A DNA stretch of 64,000 bases from Podarcis gaigeae (Eukaryota). Numbering within the stretch: the first letter of the stretch is position 1; each line of letters begins with the position of its first letter. The stretch lies in assembly GCA_964106915.2 (NCBI GenBank), contig OZ066925.1. One strand, written 5' to 3'. The notes under the pieces were generated by a model. It saw only the letters and a program-made list of their open reading frames with translations. It ran no database searches and was not told the origin of the DNA. Positions 36,701-50,229 of this stretch are shown here, piece by piece. The translations under genes were made by a program, and so were the position numbers.

Positions 36701-37689
36701 CTTCCTTATGTTACGTATTTGGTGTTTTAATTTTGTAGATTTATGCTGTGAGCTATTGCATTTATTCTTCTCCAGGGGGGTCAAGGCTCTGTGATTTCTC
36801 TGTAGTCTTGGCAATTTGTTATGAAAACCTCAAACACTCTCTGAAAGGGTGCCTATATAAGCTGTGTGTTGTGAATTTTTACCATAATAACTGAGTTTCA
36901 TTTTATTTAAACACCTTTACCAATGCACTGCTGTTATAGGTGTAGTTTCCTAAAAGGCTTTTCTTTTTTTCTTTTAAAGAACAACAGCTGGGGGGGTGAA
37001 CATCCTTTGGGAAGTATTTGCACATTACAGGCTTATAAAGCTGGTTTGACATTCATTTATCTTCTTCATGGAACTGTAGTTTTGCAAGGAGGGCTAGTGA
37101 TCTCTGATATATAATTATACAAACTACAACTCACAGGGTACCATGACAGTTAAAATAGTATGAAACTGATAAAAACTAACAGGTTAGCCTGAGAGACAGT
37201 GATTGGAACAAGGTCACATGGTGCATTTCATGGCTTATTTTAACTTTGTTCTCCCAGGTCCTACTCCACTTAATAGCCCCCCACCTTATTCCACATTGTG
37301 CAGATATTCAAGCACACAAGGCATCTTGCAAGAAATTCCAGAGGTGCCGGCTTTAAGCTACTGCAAAGACTGCAGGTGGAGGCGATTTTAGCCTGCCTTG
37401 CCCTTCATCACCTGCATCCACTGTTCACCTGCTTCTCACTGCATCTATGAAAGCTGAGTCAGGTTTTCTTCTCCCTGTGAAGGATCCCAACTGTATTTCA
37501 TATAGTGGGGGGAAACATCCAGTTCTGGTGATATTAGAAACTCTGAGTTTTATTGGCCTGGAAAGAGAATAAAAGGGAAATGACAGTATAAATGACAACA
37601 ATAAATATCCAGTTATAAGATCCCATGCTTCTAGCCCTATGCATTGCTCAGATCTCATACCACCCCACTCACACATAAAAACAAAATTC

Positions 37690-37992
37690 ACCACAGCCAA
37701 TCATAAACAACCACCCCCTAGGCCACCCCAACCTCTCTCAACACCAAGGGAATACAAGTGAATAGTGAAGAGAACCCACACAAGCGACGCTGACACAAAA
37801 CCCCACACAAACATCAAGTAGAATAGAAGCATTGCAACCTGACCCCACCCCACTCACCATTCCCCCTTTTCTTCCTAATGTAACACTAATGTCTCAACAA
37901 ATGAAACTGATCTGTAGAAAATGTAACTTGAAAAAAGAGACATTGCACATACTTTTGTAAACCAAGAAATCTTTAATAAAAACATGTTTTAA
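37690..37992 (+). mobile_element. L1/Tx1-type 3'UTR fragment
   Basis: C/A-rich 3'UTR-like sequence ending ctttaataaaaa; family assigned by pattern only. Confidence 0.4.
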
Positions 37993-40576
37993 TATACATA
38001 AATTCTCAAAACCTTTTGTCCACATACAGTTACAATCCCTTGAGAAATATTTGGATCACAAAGAATGACCAGACCAAGAGTGTAATTGAGACTGATTATT
38101 TTTACACAGTGTTCTCAGAGACCTGGGAATCCCTGGGACAATTTTGCAAGGACAGCTTGTGCACCAATATTGATCTTCCTCTGCAACGTTCAGCAAAAGT
38201 GAAATGTTTCTGATGTGTTTAGTTTATTCATTTATTCGGCTTCTGTTGGTTTGCTGTACATAGCTGATGTATAGCTTTATGTGTGACAAGTTGTGCAGGC
38301 TTGTAGATGCAGGAGAACAGAAGGAAACTTTCGCCTTTAAGGTAATCCCCCTTAAAAGACAGCAAAACATTTGCAGTCTTGAAGCATTTACTGCCAATAT
38401 GAATGATATGATAAATGACAGGAGTTGGCTTGATAGAAAATATTTATTCCCATTCCATGGTAGGAACTACATGTCTGCCGCCTTGAGTTCTAGGATGGAA
38501 GAATAAACCAGGTTAACCCTTTCTCACCAAAACTTTTTTTTTTTTTTGCGATTTAGAGTTCAGTCCTATCACCACTTACCTAGGAGTATGTCCTTGGCGG
38601 TTGTGACCCTGTAAACTAGATATGGAAGGTTCTGGATCATATTAGCAATCTTCTTGGCAACCTGACCCTAAATGTGACCAATGTTTCTTGCTTGTTTGAT
38701 AACCATTTGAAAGGAGTATGGAGAATGAACTCTTAAATCTCTAGCATAAACTGCTGCACAATAGCTAGCAATACCATTATAAATCTGCAAATTAAATCCA
38801 CTGTTTATTTTTGTTCTGATTTTGATTGGTATCATCATCATCATTAAAACACAAGGCTTAAATATGTTATTTATTTATTTATTTCTATTTTAGATTTCCA
38901 TACCGCCCTTCATCAAATTTCCATACCTGCCAGGAAAACTGATGCCCTTTCTTGCCTGACTTTTCAGAAATCAGACCATTATGTAGCTTGTTGTTAGCAC
39001 TATCTTGAGTTGTTTGCATTTTTGGTATGGCATTATGTTTTTGGTGTAGTGTTCTGTGGATCTGAACCTAATGGATTTTTGTGGGGTGGGTGGATGTTGG
39101 CTGGAATTCAGAACTCAAAATTTATTTTATGAACCAAAATTCACATTTTCCAAAAGCTGACACACATCACTTGGTCACAGTCTTTTCTCCTAATACATTT
39201 CTATTTAAATTATACAACAGCTACTAAATTTGTGTCTATATGTAAAAATCAGACAATGCAATTTTAATGCAAATATGTGCCCTATTTTGTTTTCTTCTTT
39301 GGTGATGCATAAGTGGACACCCTAGGAGTAGCTGTGTATGCCACGTGATCTGTCTCATGCCCCCTAAGTGAGTCTGGTACATGCAATAGAGGGCAGATTT
39401 AGTTCGGTGAGATTCAGTTTTCTATCTGGTTAGCTTTTCTTACATGAAATGGAATGAGGCACCATCTTGTCCCTAACAAGCAGCAAGATGTCTTGGACGG
39501 GCCCACCCAGAGGGTGACAAATAATGCTGAATCTTTTTTTGCTTTAGAGCCTAGTTGCTAGAAAAGGAAGAGACAAGATTTCCCAAACCCCATAGCAATT
39601 TTGTAAAAGCTATACATTTAAAATGAGTGGAGTTTTCCCTGGTCTGCCAGACTCACCTAAAGTCATTAGGCTCCACCTCAGACACAGAGGTTCCCACCTC
39701 CCCATCCATACCCATGTCCTAAGGTATTTTATTTCAAAATCTGGTGACCCGAAGCATAACTGTGGAGAAATTAAATAGGGTGTAAACCGGTCCATACTAT
39801 TGGTATGACATGGAGACATGTTGAAGCCACAGTTTTTTTCAGCAGAATTTGCTTGGAAGGCCTAATAGATGGGGAAATGTAAAAGAAAAAACATTATGTT
39901 CTTCATTGACAAATTAGCAGATTTGGCCTATTTAGACCAATTAAGAAAATGGAAATATATGTACTTACATTGCAGTCACCTTAATGATCATTGAGAGAAT
40001 ATTCTTTTCTCGTTTAAAATGATACATTCAAATCCCATCAGTATTGTAACTTTTGCCAACTGCTGAATTATTAATAAGGTGATAATCATGTTAATGAAGT
40101 TGCCTCATTATATTTTGCTTGCTCTTGTTAAAAAGTGCTGGTTAAACATCTGTGTATATGAAATTGTCTTAGGTGATTCATTCTGAATTAGGAAAAGTAT
40201 AGATGTAATTGCAGCATATTCTAGACCAGTAATATCTTTACTGTTGAAAACTTCCATATCAGACTTATCCAGAATAGATCCGCTTGTATCAATTTAGGGT
40301 CAGTCCATATATGCATGGACATCACTTAAATCCCCCCCCCCCTTAAAACTGTGATATCTGCCATTTGAGAAATGATAATCCAAATGGGGTAAACCTAATT
40401 GAGATGAAACAATAAACTCTAGCAAGAGAGAACAACCTTTTTTATTCTAAGACTATATAGAAAGATGGTGGGAACACTTTTTAAAGTCTGGGGGAAAATT
40501 AAGACAGGAGTGGGGCAGGTTCCCCACTATAGAATAAAGTTTATTCTTATAGGAACAAGCTGCAGTGAGCCTGAGG

Positions 40577-40727
40577 GTTAGAGAGTCAGAGAGTTAGAGA
40601 GCTAGAAGGGACCACAAGGTCATCTAGTTCAACAGCTGCAATGCAGAAATCTTTGTTCCATGTGGGGCTTGAACCCTTGACCCTGAGATTAAGAGTCTCC
40701 TGCTCTACCAACTGAGCTATGCCAGCT
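40577..40727 (-). mobile_element. SINE with tRNA-Lys(CTT) head and CR1 tail (P.s.1/POM-type lizard SINE)
   Basis: Minus strand TAGCTCAGTTGGTAGAGCAGGAGACTCTTAATCTCAGGGTCAAGGGTTCAAGCCCCAC (tRNA-Lys-like) followed by ctgcattgcag...actagatgacc...ggtcccttc (CR1 3' end). Confidence 0.8.
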
Positions 40728-42325
40728 GGTGTAATCCTCATTCCCTTTCCAGCATGGCCACAAGTAGAAGATCAAAAACTTTGCTTCTGTTTTTGATGAA
40801 TGGCAGTTTAGCATCACATCTGAATCTTCAAATGTGGTCATAATCTTAACTATTGTTTGTTGAAACAAGACAGCTTTGTTTACTGGTTTGTTTCAGTAAA
40901 CTGTGGTTAAGATTAACCATAGTTTGCCCATGCTCAGATGTAGTGTGAAGCTGTCCTCAATCAGCCATGGGAGCAAAGGCTACTGACCTCATGTTCAGAA
41001 GGGGGTGGGGGCGTTATGATAATGAGACTCACTGCCACTTCTTCCCATAACAATAATCAACAGCATATTGTAATATTTGAATGCAGGCAATATCTCCTTG
41101 CTGCTTTCTTTCTATTGTTGAGTCATCACATACCATGAGAAAAGACAATAATCCATGCTGTCTGATAACATAAAAAGGACAGGAGGTGCAAACATTCAGC
41201 ATATTAACAGCAATTCTCATGTGGATAATGCACCATGTAATCTCACCCTTAGGGCTACTTCCAAATACAGATGGGGAGAATGAGACTTGAGCACACACAT
41301 CTCTCAGGCACTCAGTCTCTCAGGCACAACTTGTTGGGCTTGTTATGCAACTCCAACAGGTTTCTGCAACATGCTTCATCAAAGCTCAGTTTCAAAATAA
41401 GCCCTTGGCAGCTTTTGGAATGGATGATGCTAATCAGAAAGAAAGCAAATGTTTGAATGGTGGATGTGATTCCAACATGCTAACCATGGTTATCTACTAC
41501 ACTCAAAAGTGGTCACACTGGCTGCTCTGGGATTCCTGTGCCTTATCAAGTACATTCTGACAGCAGAGGCTGTACTGTCAGATGGGTAAAAAAGCTACTG
41601 CCTCAATCAGTGGTTCATTTGACCTGGATGCTTTTGCTCCAGAGTCAATAAGGCAAGCGGCAAACCGGCTCCGGAATGCTGTGTCCTGCATTCATATGCT
41701 TCCCTCCTCACATATCTCAGGGCATTCCTAGCAGGAACTCTGACATGTTATTGACCCACCACTGAGGAAGCATAATGTGCTTTACAAGATCACTGCACTT
41801 CTCTTGATTTCATGGTCAGAAGCAGGTCAAAATGCTGGCTTATAGCGCTGACAGGGGCATGCTGGGATCACCTCACACAGCATTGCCTCCTAACAATCTC
41901 AAAGTAATCAGATAAATGCAATGAGTAACTCGGTGTCAAGTGAACCCCTTCAGCTAGAATAAAATCTAACTTCTGCAAAATTGTAATGTGTTTTAATACC
42001 TGAGACTTTATGTTCTCAAAATTCCAAATAAAATGAAAGTCTGAGAAAAATAATATTGGAAGTTAATTTGAATAGGTAATGGCAAAGGTTGTTTTCAAGG
42101 GGCCCATCCTGACATAGAGGTAAAGCAATATATTTAGTTTATTCGTTACATTTTTTGCCTACTTCTCTCTAAACCTCTTTGTTTATATGGATTGATGTAA
42201 AACTGACCTGCTAAATGTAAAAAGAAATAAATAAAATTCATATATGTGCCAATATTTTATTTAATTCATCTTTTTTATCTGTACAATTATTAGTCACCTT
42301 TCGATTTAGAATAAAACAAAAAAAA

Positions 42326-42329
<4 letters not shown>

Positions 42330-42373
<44 letters not shown>
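42330..42373. repeat. (TA)n microsatellite
   Basis: Direct reading. Confidence 0.95.
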
Positions 42374-42376
<3 letters not shown>

Positions 42377-43523
42377 ACACATCAACATTTTATTTTTAAA
42401 ACCTACACCAAATAAAACAGAAACATTCTATCATGGTAACTGTGCTTATTAAACTCAGATTCAATCAGTGGTTGGAAAAAGCTTTCAGAACCACCTTGTA
42501 GCCTGAAATGCCAACCTGTGCCCACACAAGACCTGTATAATAGCGGGAAGATACCAGCAAGATCAGCTTTCCCTCTTGCAAGCAGAAAGGTTTCTCCTAA
42601 GTTTTGGCTTATTGTTATGGGCGAACTGGGCCACTACATTCTGCAGCCTTAGCAGGGATTAAAGCAAGAAACTATGGTTATTCTTACCGCGGTTAAAAAA
42701 CAAACAAACATGTCTACACTGACTAAGCCTATGTCTTTTTAATAAAACCAAAATGTTCTCAATTGTATTTTCCCTTTGACATTGTATACTCCCTTTGTAT
42801 ACTCTGGGATACAAATGGATCTAATTTTCCTTTTGATAATCTACGATAGAGTTACAGATATGTAGCCCTCAAAGTTCAGAGGCAATCCAGTATTACAACA
42901 GTTTCAGTCTTCTTTGTCAGAGCTCTCAAATTGGTTGGTGCTATTTCCCATTTGTGGTGCTTGTGAAAAGTCCACTTAATCTGCAAAGAACGCATTGCAA
43001 ATCTTGTTTAAATGAAGCAGTTCCTGTTAGTTGGTGCTTTCCTTATATGAGTTCTAATCATCTTTTTCATTTTTATGTCTTAGTTATTCAGTCATTGGAC
43101 CATGACAGGAGTGAAACAAATGCAATGACAGTGAAGCTGTTGGGAAGCTACTGTATGAGATTTCCAGATCTTAATTGTATTGTGTGCTCAATAAGTGCTG
43201 ATAATACTGTACTTTCCTCAGCTCATGTCTATATATCTGACTTCTGAAAGTTCATAATATAAGACTGAGAACTTAGGGTGGTCTAGTGAGTTGTGCAGTG
43301 GACAGAGTAGAGCATTTATCAGGCCAATGATTCTTTGGGTGAGCTGGAGTAGTAGTAGGAAAAGGTTTCTCCTACCCACCATATATTTTATTATTATTAT
43401 TTATTGAATTTATATACCACCTTATATCCGGAGGTCTGCAATATGTGATACTGGATGTGATGCAGGGATTCCTGGTGCAGATATGGAAGTGTGTCTGCCA
43501 CATTTGCATAACCACCCCCTTTT

Positions 43524-43685
43524 ATAGAAGAATCATAGAATAAATCATAGAATCGCAGAGTTGGAAGGGACCCTGAGGGGCATCCTTTCCAACCCCTGCA
43601 AGGCAGGAATTTCAACTGAAGCATCAATGACAGGTCCAACCTCTGCTTAAAAACCTCCAAGGAAGGAGAGTCTGCCACCTTCTGA
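43524..43685 (-). mobile_element. CR1 3' end fragment
   Basis: atcatagaatcgcagagttggaagggacc...; ORF track VADSPSLEVFKQRLD. Confidence 0.8.
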
Positions 43686-43739
43686 GTGTTCATTTAGCTA
43701 AGTTCATTTAGCATTATTATGTCCCCATGTGTTGCTTGA

Positions 43740-44622
43740 GGTCTTCATATTAATGAGCCCACAGGTAGTTAACACAGACAATGACCGCTCCCCGCATAAA
43801 ACAGGGGGTGCCCTTTGCGTGGATGCGCGCAGCCCCTGGATCTGGAGCGGCTTCCATCAACACTGGCTTGGCTTCGCCTTCCTCCAGGTGGGATACCAGG
43901 AGGTCTCTGCCTACCTCAGCCAGTTGTCCAATCCCACCTGGGGGAAGCGTTGCCAAGGAGACCAGGCCAGGTAGGGGAGGGACTACCTGCCCACACAATA
44001 GAGGGAGGATCTTACCTGGGAATCCTCACTTGGCTCCAGAGCTTCTCCCACCCTACCCACCCTCAGTTAAGTCTTATTTTGCAGGTTAACTTTTCTTCAT
44101 AGGTATGCGGGCACTGCTACGTCAAGGTCGCTGTTAAAGGGCCGGAAAGGAATTCCCCTGCATCGGCAGGTTTTGCCTTTCCTGTAGCAAAATGTCACAA
44201 CTTTGGTGGTATCAGGCCTTGGGTGGAATCCTTTAGTCTATCTTCATCTTTGCAGCAGCGATACCAGGGTTCCCTGTTAAATGAGTTTCTGAGGGGAGGC
44301 TTTGACCGTACGCCAAGAGGTCGTCATTGCTCTCCCCTGCAATGGCGGCGTAATGGGGGCGGCTATCTCTGCTTGAACATATGTTCTCCAGAGCCGGCCC
44401 ATTCCCCCCACACACACACTGGATAACCCTGATGTTTCCCTAGGTCCCCAGCTAGGGACTGGGGAGGGATAACGCCCAATTCCTGAGCCAAGGTCTACCC
44501 ACATCTGAAATATAATAAAGTTGTGGCCAATTTAATCCCATAGCACGTTGTCTTGAGTCATTATTCCACATGATGGGGGGGCGGCGCCCGGGGTCTGGGG
44601 GACTCCACCTGTCCACACAATG
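43740..44622 (+). mobile_element. Probable DIRS/Ngaro-like (tyrosine recombinase retroelement) remnant
   Basis: Locally CpG-rich block ending with aataaagttgtggcc...gagtcattatt, a terminal pattern I associate with squamate DIRS/Ngaro repeats; no recognisable RT or YR ORF. Confidence 0.45.
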
Positions 44623-46369
44623 GGGAAGTCCTGTAATATGAACATTTCTGTTCATGGAGTAAATAGTCTAAAACGAGTAAATAAAAAAGCAATGGGGAGG
44701 GAGGGAGAAGTTAAGTGATTTTTACACTGGGTCAGGTATAGTCAAAAGCAAAAGCTATTTCTTTTCATGGTCTGGTGCCTCATTTCACAGCACTATATAC
44801 CCATGTCAAATGAAGTAAAGGGTTCTTGTGATGAAAGACACATGAAAGGGCCCAGGTATGAAGTCTGCTTCAGGCTGGGCTGAAATTTCTGTTCTTTTGT
44901 TGTGGCAGAGATTAGGTAGGCTAATTGTTCTTCTGTGCCATTTGCTGTGGTATTTTGGTCAAGCCTCATACTAAGCCTTCTGAAGCAGGCTTCTCACCTT
45001 TCAGCTGTAAGTCCTTGACACCAGCTTCCCTGAAATGGACTTTTATCTCTCTTCCTTTAACTGACAATGGTTTATGGATGGCATCATCATTATAATTGCA
45101 CGTAGTCTTATTCACAGAGTTGCTTAATTGTGTCCCTCCCCCACTTTTTAACACATTTGTGTATGCTTGTAACAGTTGTCATTCAGGGCTTTGAACCAGT
45201 GAGTTTCTGAGAAATAATCACATCTAGTCTGAAATACAGACTTGCCTTGACTCTTCAACATGTCCTATTGTCCTGCATAGATGAGCTCTCATCTCCTTGA
45301 AACCTCTGCTGAGGAGAAGGCCCAGCTCACATGGACCATCATAAGAACACACTCAAAGTGCTGCCACATCAGGAAAAGGCCTCTCAGGACCATCATCCTG
45401 TTTCCCATTGGTGAGATGCATGACATCTTGTACTGCAAGTACTCTATTTTTAAACAGTAAGAATTGCAGTCATGTTCCAGAAAAGGAATAACAAAGGTTT
45501 TGACAGATGTTAGGATCTGATTGTTTTTCATCTCTGGGAATCTGCATATCTATAGAAATATATATAATGCTCAGCGAACAGTACCCTCCCCCCTCCCCGC
45601 CTTTAGCATCCCACAATGGGTAGTTCAGTGATGTAGCCAAAGTCTTCATCATCATGCAGATGGGCTTCTTTCCTTCTCAAAATGATAAACCACCAAATAT
45701 CAACCCAGCAATATACCATTTTGGGTCAGTATTTCTGTTGGGTTTAGGCAATGAAACGACAACAGTGTGAGCTGAAAATGTTGCATGACTCAAATGTTTT
45801 ACTGCTAATGACTGGCTAGGGATCATTTGCATAATGTTGCTTGCTAGTTTATTTTCCTGGTGAGGTTAACGGGCTAAAAATCATCAAATAAAGTATTAAT
45901 AATTCATGCCTACATGACATGATGTATAAGGAGGAGTGCTCTACAAGCTCTAATAAATATTTCAGCCATTTGCAATTGTAATAGCGTCACATTGCACAAG
46001 GAAGTCACCTCGAAGAATTCCTTGTACAATCTGCTGTGGCTGGTGGGAACACCTTGCTTTTAATGCCAGTCAAGCTGAATATTTACAAACACGTGAGGTC
46101 AAATGATGAACTCTAAAGATCATGTCAGCCCATTTCCAGGCACTTTGGTCAACCATGAAAGCAGCATGAGACCCGGCTTCCCAAGCTCTGGGAATACAAG
46201 GGCTGCTTGTTCCTACCTGGACCTGCTGAGGTACGAAGACCGGTGAGGTCCTCACTTATCTTCCCACTGCCCTTATCTGAGGCATGGTGCATGTGGCGGC
46301 TCCATCAGGGCAAGACTTGAGGGCAGAAGGTCCCTAAGTGCTGAAGCACCTAAAGTAATAGTTTTATTT

Positions 46370-47130
46370 AAATAAATGTATTTCTAAGCTGCCTTTTATC
46401 ACAAAGCAATCCCAGGGCAGCGTACATTAAAAATAAATAAATAAATAAATCTATGTCCACAGCATTAATAAAATAGGGCAGTTAAAACATTCAGCAATAA
46501 AGCAGACTAATACTGCTACAGCATAAAACAGGATGACAACCAACCTGACCTGCAGAGGCCTCAGTGAAGGTGTTTAGCTGCTGATGGAAGTTTCTCTAAG
46601 GAGAGGGTGTTCCATAGGCTACAGAAAAGGTCATTTCCTTTATTCCTGCAGATCTCCATTGGCTGTGGCACAACCGGATAGACCTCCCTTGATTATCTTA
46701 GTGCACAGGCAGGTCTGCATGGGAGGAAACACTTGCTACTGGATTTAGTTCCTGAAATATACTCAGAGTCGCAAAGTGATTTCATGCTCTTTATTCAGCT
46801 CATAGTGGTGAGGAGGAATGAATGAAAGTCCCCTCAAAGTATCTGCTTTATATACATTATTTACACAATGGGCTGCACGTGATTGGCTAATTCCGGAATT
46901 CTACTGTAAGCCAATCAGGTTGGGGATTCACTTCTATCTGGAGCATGATTGGGTGGTTCCTGCCAACCAATCATACTGCTGCATTGTTCTAGGACCAATC
47001 AGACTGCTGCATTCTGAATCCTATTGTTCTAGGACCAATCCCACTGCTGCAGTTTGGATCCTATTCAACTCAGTACATAACAGTTCCCAAATTGTATAAT
47101 GCCTTGAAAGGAACTAATGGTACTAATGGG
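46370..47130 (-). mobile_element. Degenerate L2 3' end hosting solo LTR copy 2
   Basis: L2-like tail (tttctaagctgcc...cccagggcagcgtaca) and gagagggtgttccataggctacagaaaagg; resumes after the LTR. Confidence 0.5.
46753..47082 (-). mobile_element. Solo LTR, copy 2, with perfect 5-bp TSD
   Basis: TG...CA termini; TSD gttcc at 46748-46752 and 47083-47087; 330 bp; CCAAT cluster, TATA, AATAAA. Confidence 0.92.
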
Positions 47131-47798
47131 GCACGCTGATCTGAAAGTCTTTTATTTCACATCCATATTGTGCACTACTACAACAGCTCCACACTCATTC
47201 TTTATCAGCACAATGGCACAATAATTTAAGACGGCACCCACCTGTTCCCAAGACAAGAACACCTGTCTTCAGAAGGCTCTGAGACACTGGATTGGTTTCT
47301 TTCTAGAGAACAATCCTGGCAATGCTTTTATGACTATTGTAGTTATTCCAGAGCTAATCCAGAGTTGCATTAAATGCATTACACATCTCCACAGCTCCTG
47401 CCTGAATAAGGCTCCTAGAAAGACCTCAGTTTTGTATTACAAACAGTCTTACCCACCTCCTCCGCTTGTTACATGGACACCTCCTGCCTGCATAAGGCTT
47501 AGGAACACTGCTTTTTAAGATTCATACTTGTGCAGAAGACAGTCGGCACCTCCACAATACCTGCCTGACTGTGGCAAGCTCTCAGCCATTAACAACCTCT
47601 CTCTGTCTCTTTCTGAATGTCAGACACTGGTAACAAATAGTGAAATGTGATGGCCTCCCTGCCCAGCTGCTTTTTCAGCTTTTCAAAGGCATGGACACAG
47701 CCCCCAACAGAGTGCTGGACTAAATGGATTTCAGTGAGCTGCCAGGACCACATACCACATTCAGGCTAAGGCTGCATCCCAAGCAGCTTGCCACGCAA

Positions 47799-47938
47799 GG
47801 CTCATCCACGCCTTGATTTGCCCTAGGGAGAACTCATGGTTTTCCTTGGACTGCTGTTTGCTCCAATTCATTTTTTAGGGGGAAGCAGTGAGGCAAAATG
47901 GCTCAGACCCATGCTTTTAAGGCACCGGTGGATGAGCC
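47799..47938. mobile_element. Short TIR MITE (PIF/Harbinger-like)
   Basis: 11-bp TIR GGCTCATCCAC/GTGGATGAGCC; related element at ~55618-55850. Confidence 0.55.
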
Positions 47939-48118
47939 CTTGTTCTCTCTATCCTTCAGGATCACCTCCCCCACAACCAGGGGCAGTTGGTCCCATTTTG
48001 CCTCTTGAGGTGAGATGCCAAAGCATCTCTTACTTAGAATTTGTGGTGGTGGCAGGTTCTGGCAAGATCTCATCAGAAATCAGCACCCAAAAATATCCCC
48101 CAAAGCCCTCGCCACATA

Positions 48119-48301
48119 CAGTAGTACCTCGGGTTACAGACGCTTCAGGTTACAGACTCCACTAACCCAAAAATAGTACCTCGGGTTAAGAACTTTGCTT
48201 CAGGAAGAGAACAGAAATCGTGCTCCGGTGGCACGGTAGCAGCAGGAGGCCCCATTAGCTAAAGTGGTGCTTCAGGTTAAGAACAGTTTCAGGTTAAGAA
48301 C
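48119..48301 (-). mobile_element. Truncated second copy of the Tc1/mariner MITE at 12250
   Basis: TA + cagtagtacctcgggttac..., reverse-complement match to 12290-12475; the other TIR is missing. Confidence 0.85.
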
Positions 48302-49059
48302 TGTTAAGATGTCATGGGTGCTTCTGGGGGTTGTGCTGGCTGTGGGGTGGTCTATAATCCCTCTTCCTCCTCTTCCTTCCTCCCCCCCCCCACGCCTCCT
48401 TAATCTTTAGCAGTCAAAGGCAAGGCAGCTCCTGAGCTGCTGCAAGTTGCTCTCTGCTGCACAAAGTGAAAGCGCCTCAAAGTCCTCTGGTACGGAGGAA
48501 AACAACATGGCTCCCCTTCCTCTAAGGATAGATGTGGCTGTTGAGCTGCTGCCACCACCAGCTGAACTGGAGAGTGCTGCAAAGCCCCATGGATATGTCC
48601 ATCCCCATGGGCAAATGTGATGGGTAAACTGATGCTGCATTGCTGCAAGCACATGAAAGGCCCCTGGGGGAAAGAGAACACAGGACGCAGAGAACACTGG
48701 TCTGGCCGGAAAGAGCCCCACACACTTGAGATGCTGAGGTTGAAGAGGTGGTCTTTGTGCCTCTAGGAGTGAGTCCAGCAGTCATGCTGGAGCATAACCA
48801 TCTCCATGTCAAGAGGAGACCCTAGGGTTCTTTCTGGGGCCAAGCAGCTCCCTGCTAGGGATTTCCCCCCTCTCCAATGTTCCCTCATGGTTGCAGACCT
48901 CTACGACTTGGTACCATATCAGCAGCTGGTTGGTTCCTTCAGGGCAGGTGTTACATGATCTGAATAGGCTGAGCCTGCCAACCATCTGGTTGCCATATTT
49001 TGAACAAGGTGCAATAGGCTGGACCAATGATGGACCAAGGAGTCTGACGCAGTTTCGTA

Positions 49060-49420
49060 CTCTCCAGTTTCCTAACCATCTCAAAGGTAGCCCACATAGT
49101 GCACATTATAGTAATCCAAATGAGAAGTTATCAGTACATGGGACCACTTTAGCGGGCCATCACTGTCCAGAAATTATTGTAACTAGCAATGCTTTCAAAA
49201 CTGGTGAAATATACTCCTTGCTCCTAAAGACCCCCAGAAGACTCCTTGCACCCCCAGCAACAACAGCAAATTTAGTAGCACCCCCAAACAACACACCTGC
49301 TCTTTCAAGGGGACAGCAACCCCATCTAAAAAGGTTGTGTTCCTAATTCCTTGAAAATAGAGCCCTCTGCCCATATGGCCTCCATCTTGTCGAGTCCACC
49401 ACTGTGTCCAAGCACTGATT
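49060..49420 (-). mobile_element. Degenerate L2 ORF2 fragment
   Basis: Minus strand LDYYNVHYVG-like and LDGVAVPLKEQVCCLGVLL motifs, homologous to the L2 at 58441-59199. Confidence 0.7.
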
Positions 49421-50229
49421 TGGGACATGCACAGCCACATGTGACTCTGGTGGTAAATAGAAAGAATAGCAGGGGAAATGAGGGGATCATTTCAACAAAT
49501 CTCTCCAAAGGAGGGGAAATTCTCCAGTTTCTGAAGGCTGGGCACAGTGTCTCTCTGACAAATTTTGGCTCAGTTGTAGCTTATTTACAAAGATGCTTTG
49601 CAACGTGCTGGTGTGCATCAGGTGTCTGACTCCAGATTCAATTCTGCTTCTCTGGAATTCACAGTTTTTGAAAGACTCATAGATAATAAATGAGAACAAT
49701 TATACCCTGGCTATTTCCAGGAATACAGCAGTTTGTTTGCAGGAGATGTTCCTGGCCATCTGTCTCTTTGATACATTTGTAAATTTCAAGAAAAATGCAT
49801 TTTAATTAGCTACTGTTCTCTTATTTATAATTGTAGGCACCATTTTGCTTTTGTTTGGTTGTTGTTATTTGTCATTGTTAAACTGTCTTCCTAATTGATC
49901 ATTCTTGCACAAGTGCTGGGCAGTTATATCTTGGTATGGGGGTTTCAGAATAGAATAGTAAAAAACTGAGTTGCAAGAGTTGCTAATAGTCTAGAAAGTA
50001 AATTGAAAGTTGAATGCAAATACAATAAAGAACTTCTGATTTTTCATCTTTCAATATACAGTATATATAGGGTGGTGTGTATATACAGAAGTCTATGAGA
50101 AGTTTCCAGTCTTTAGTAAATGTTAACAATGACTTTTCTCTGATTAGGCAAGTCAGCTACCTCAGCTAAGTCTGTTAATATTAAGAACCATTATTCCTTT
50201 GTTGGAAATGATGAATTTCCCCATCTTTG

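Noticed and set aside
40655-40727. tRNA-Lys(CTT) gene
   Set aside because: Acceptor and T stems are mutated and the sequence is fused to a CR1 tail, so it is a SINE head.
26072-47082. A 21-kb provirus bounded by the two LTRs
   Set aside because: Copy 2 has its own TSD on both sides, and no gag/pol remnants or primer-binding site were seen between them.
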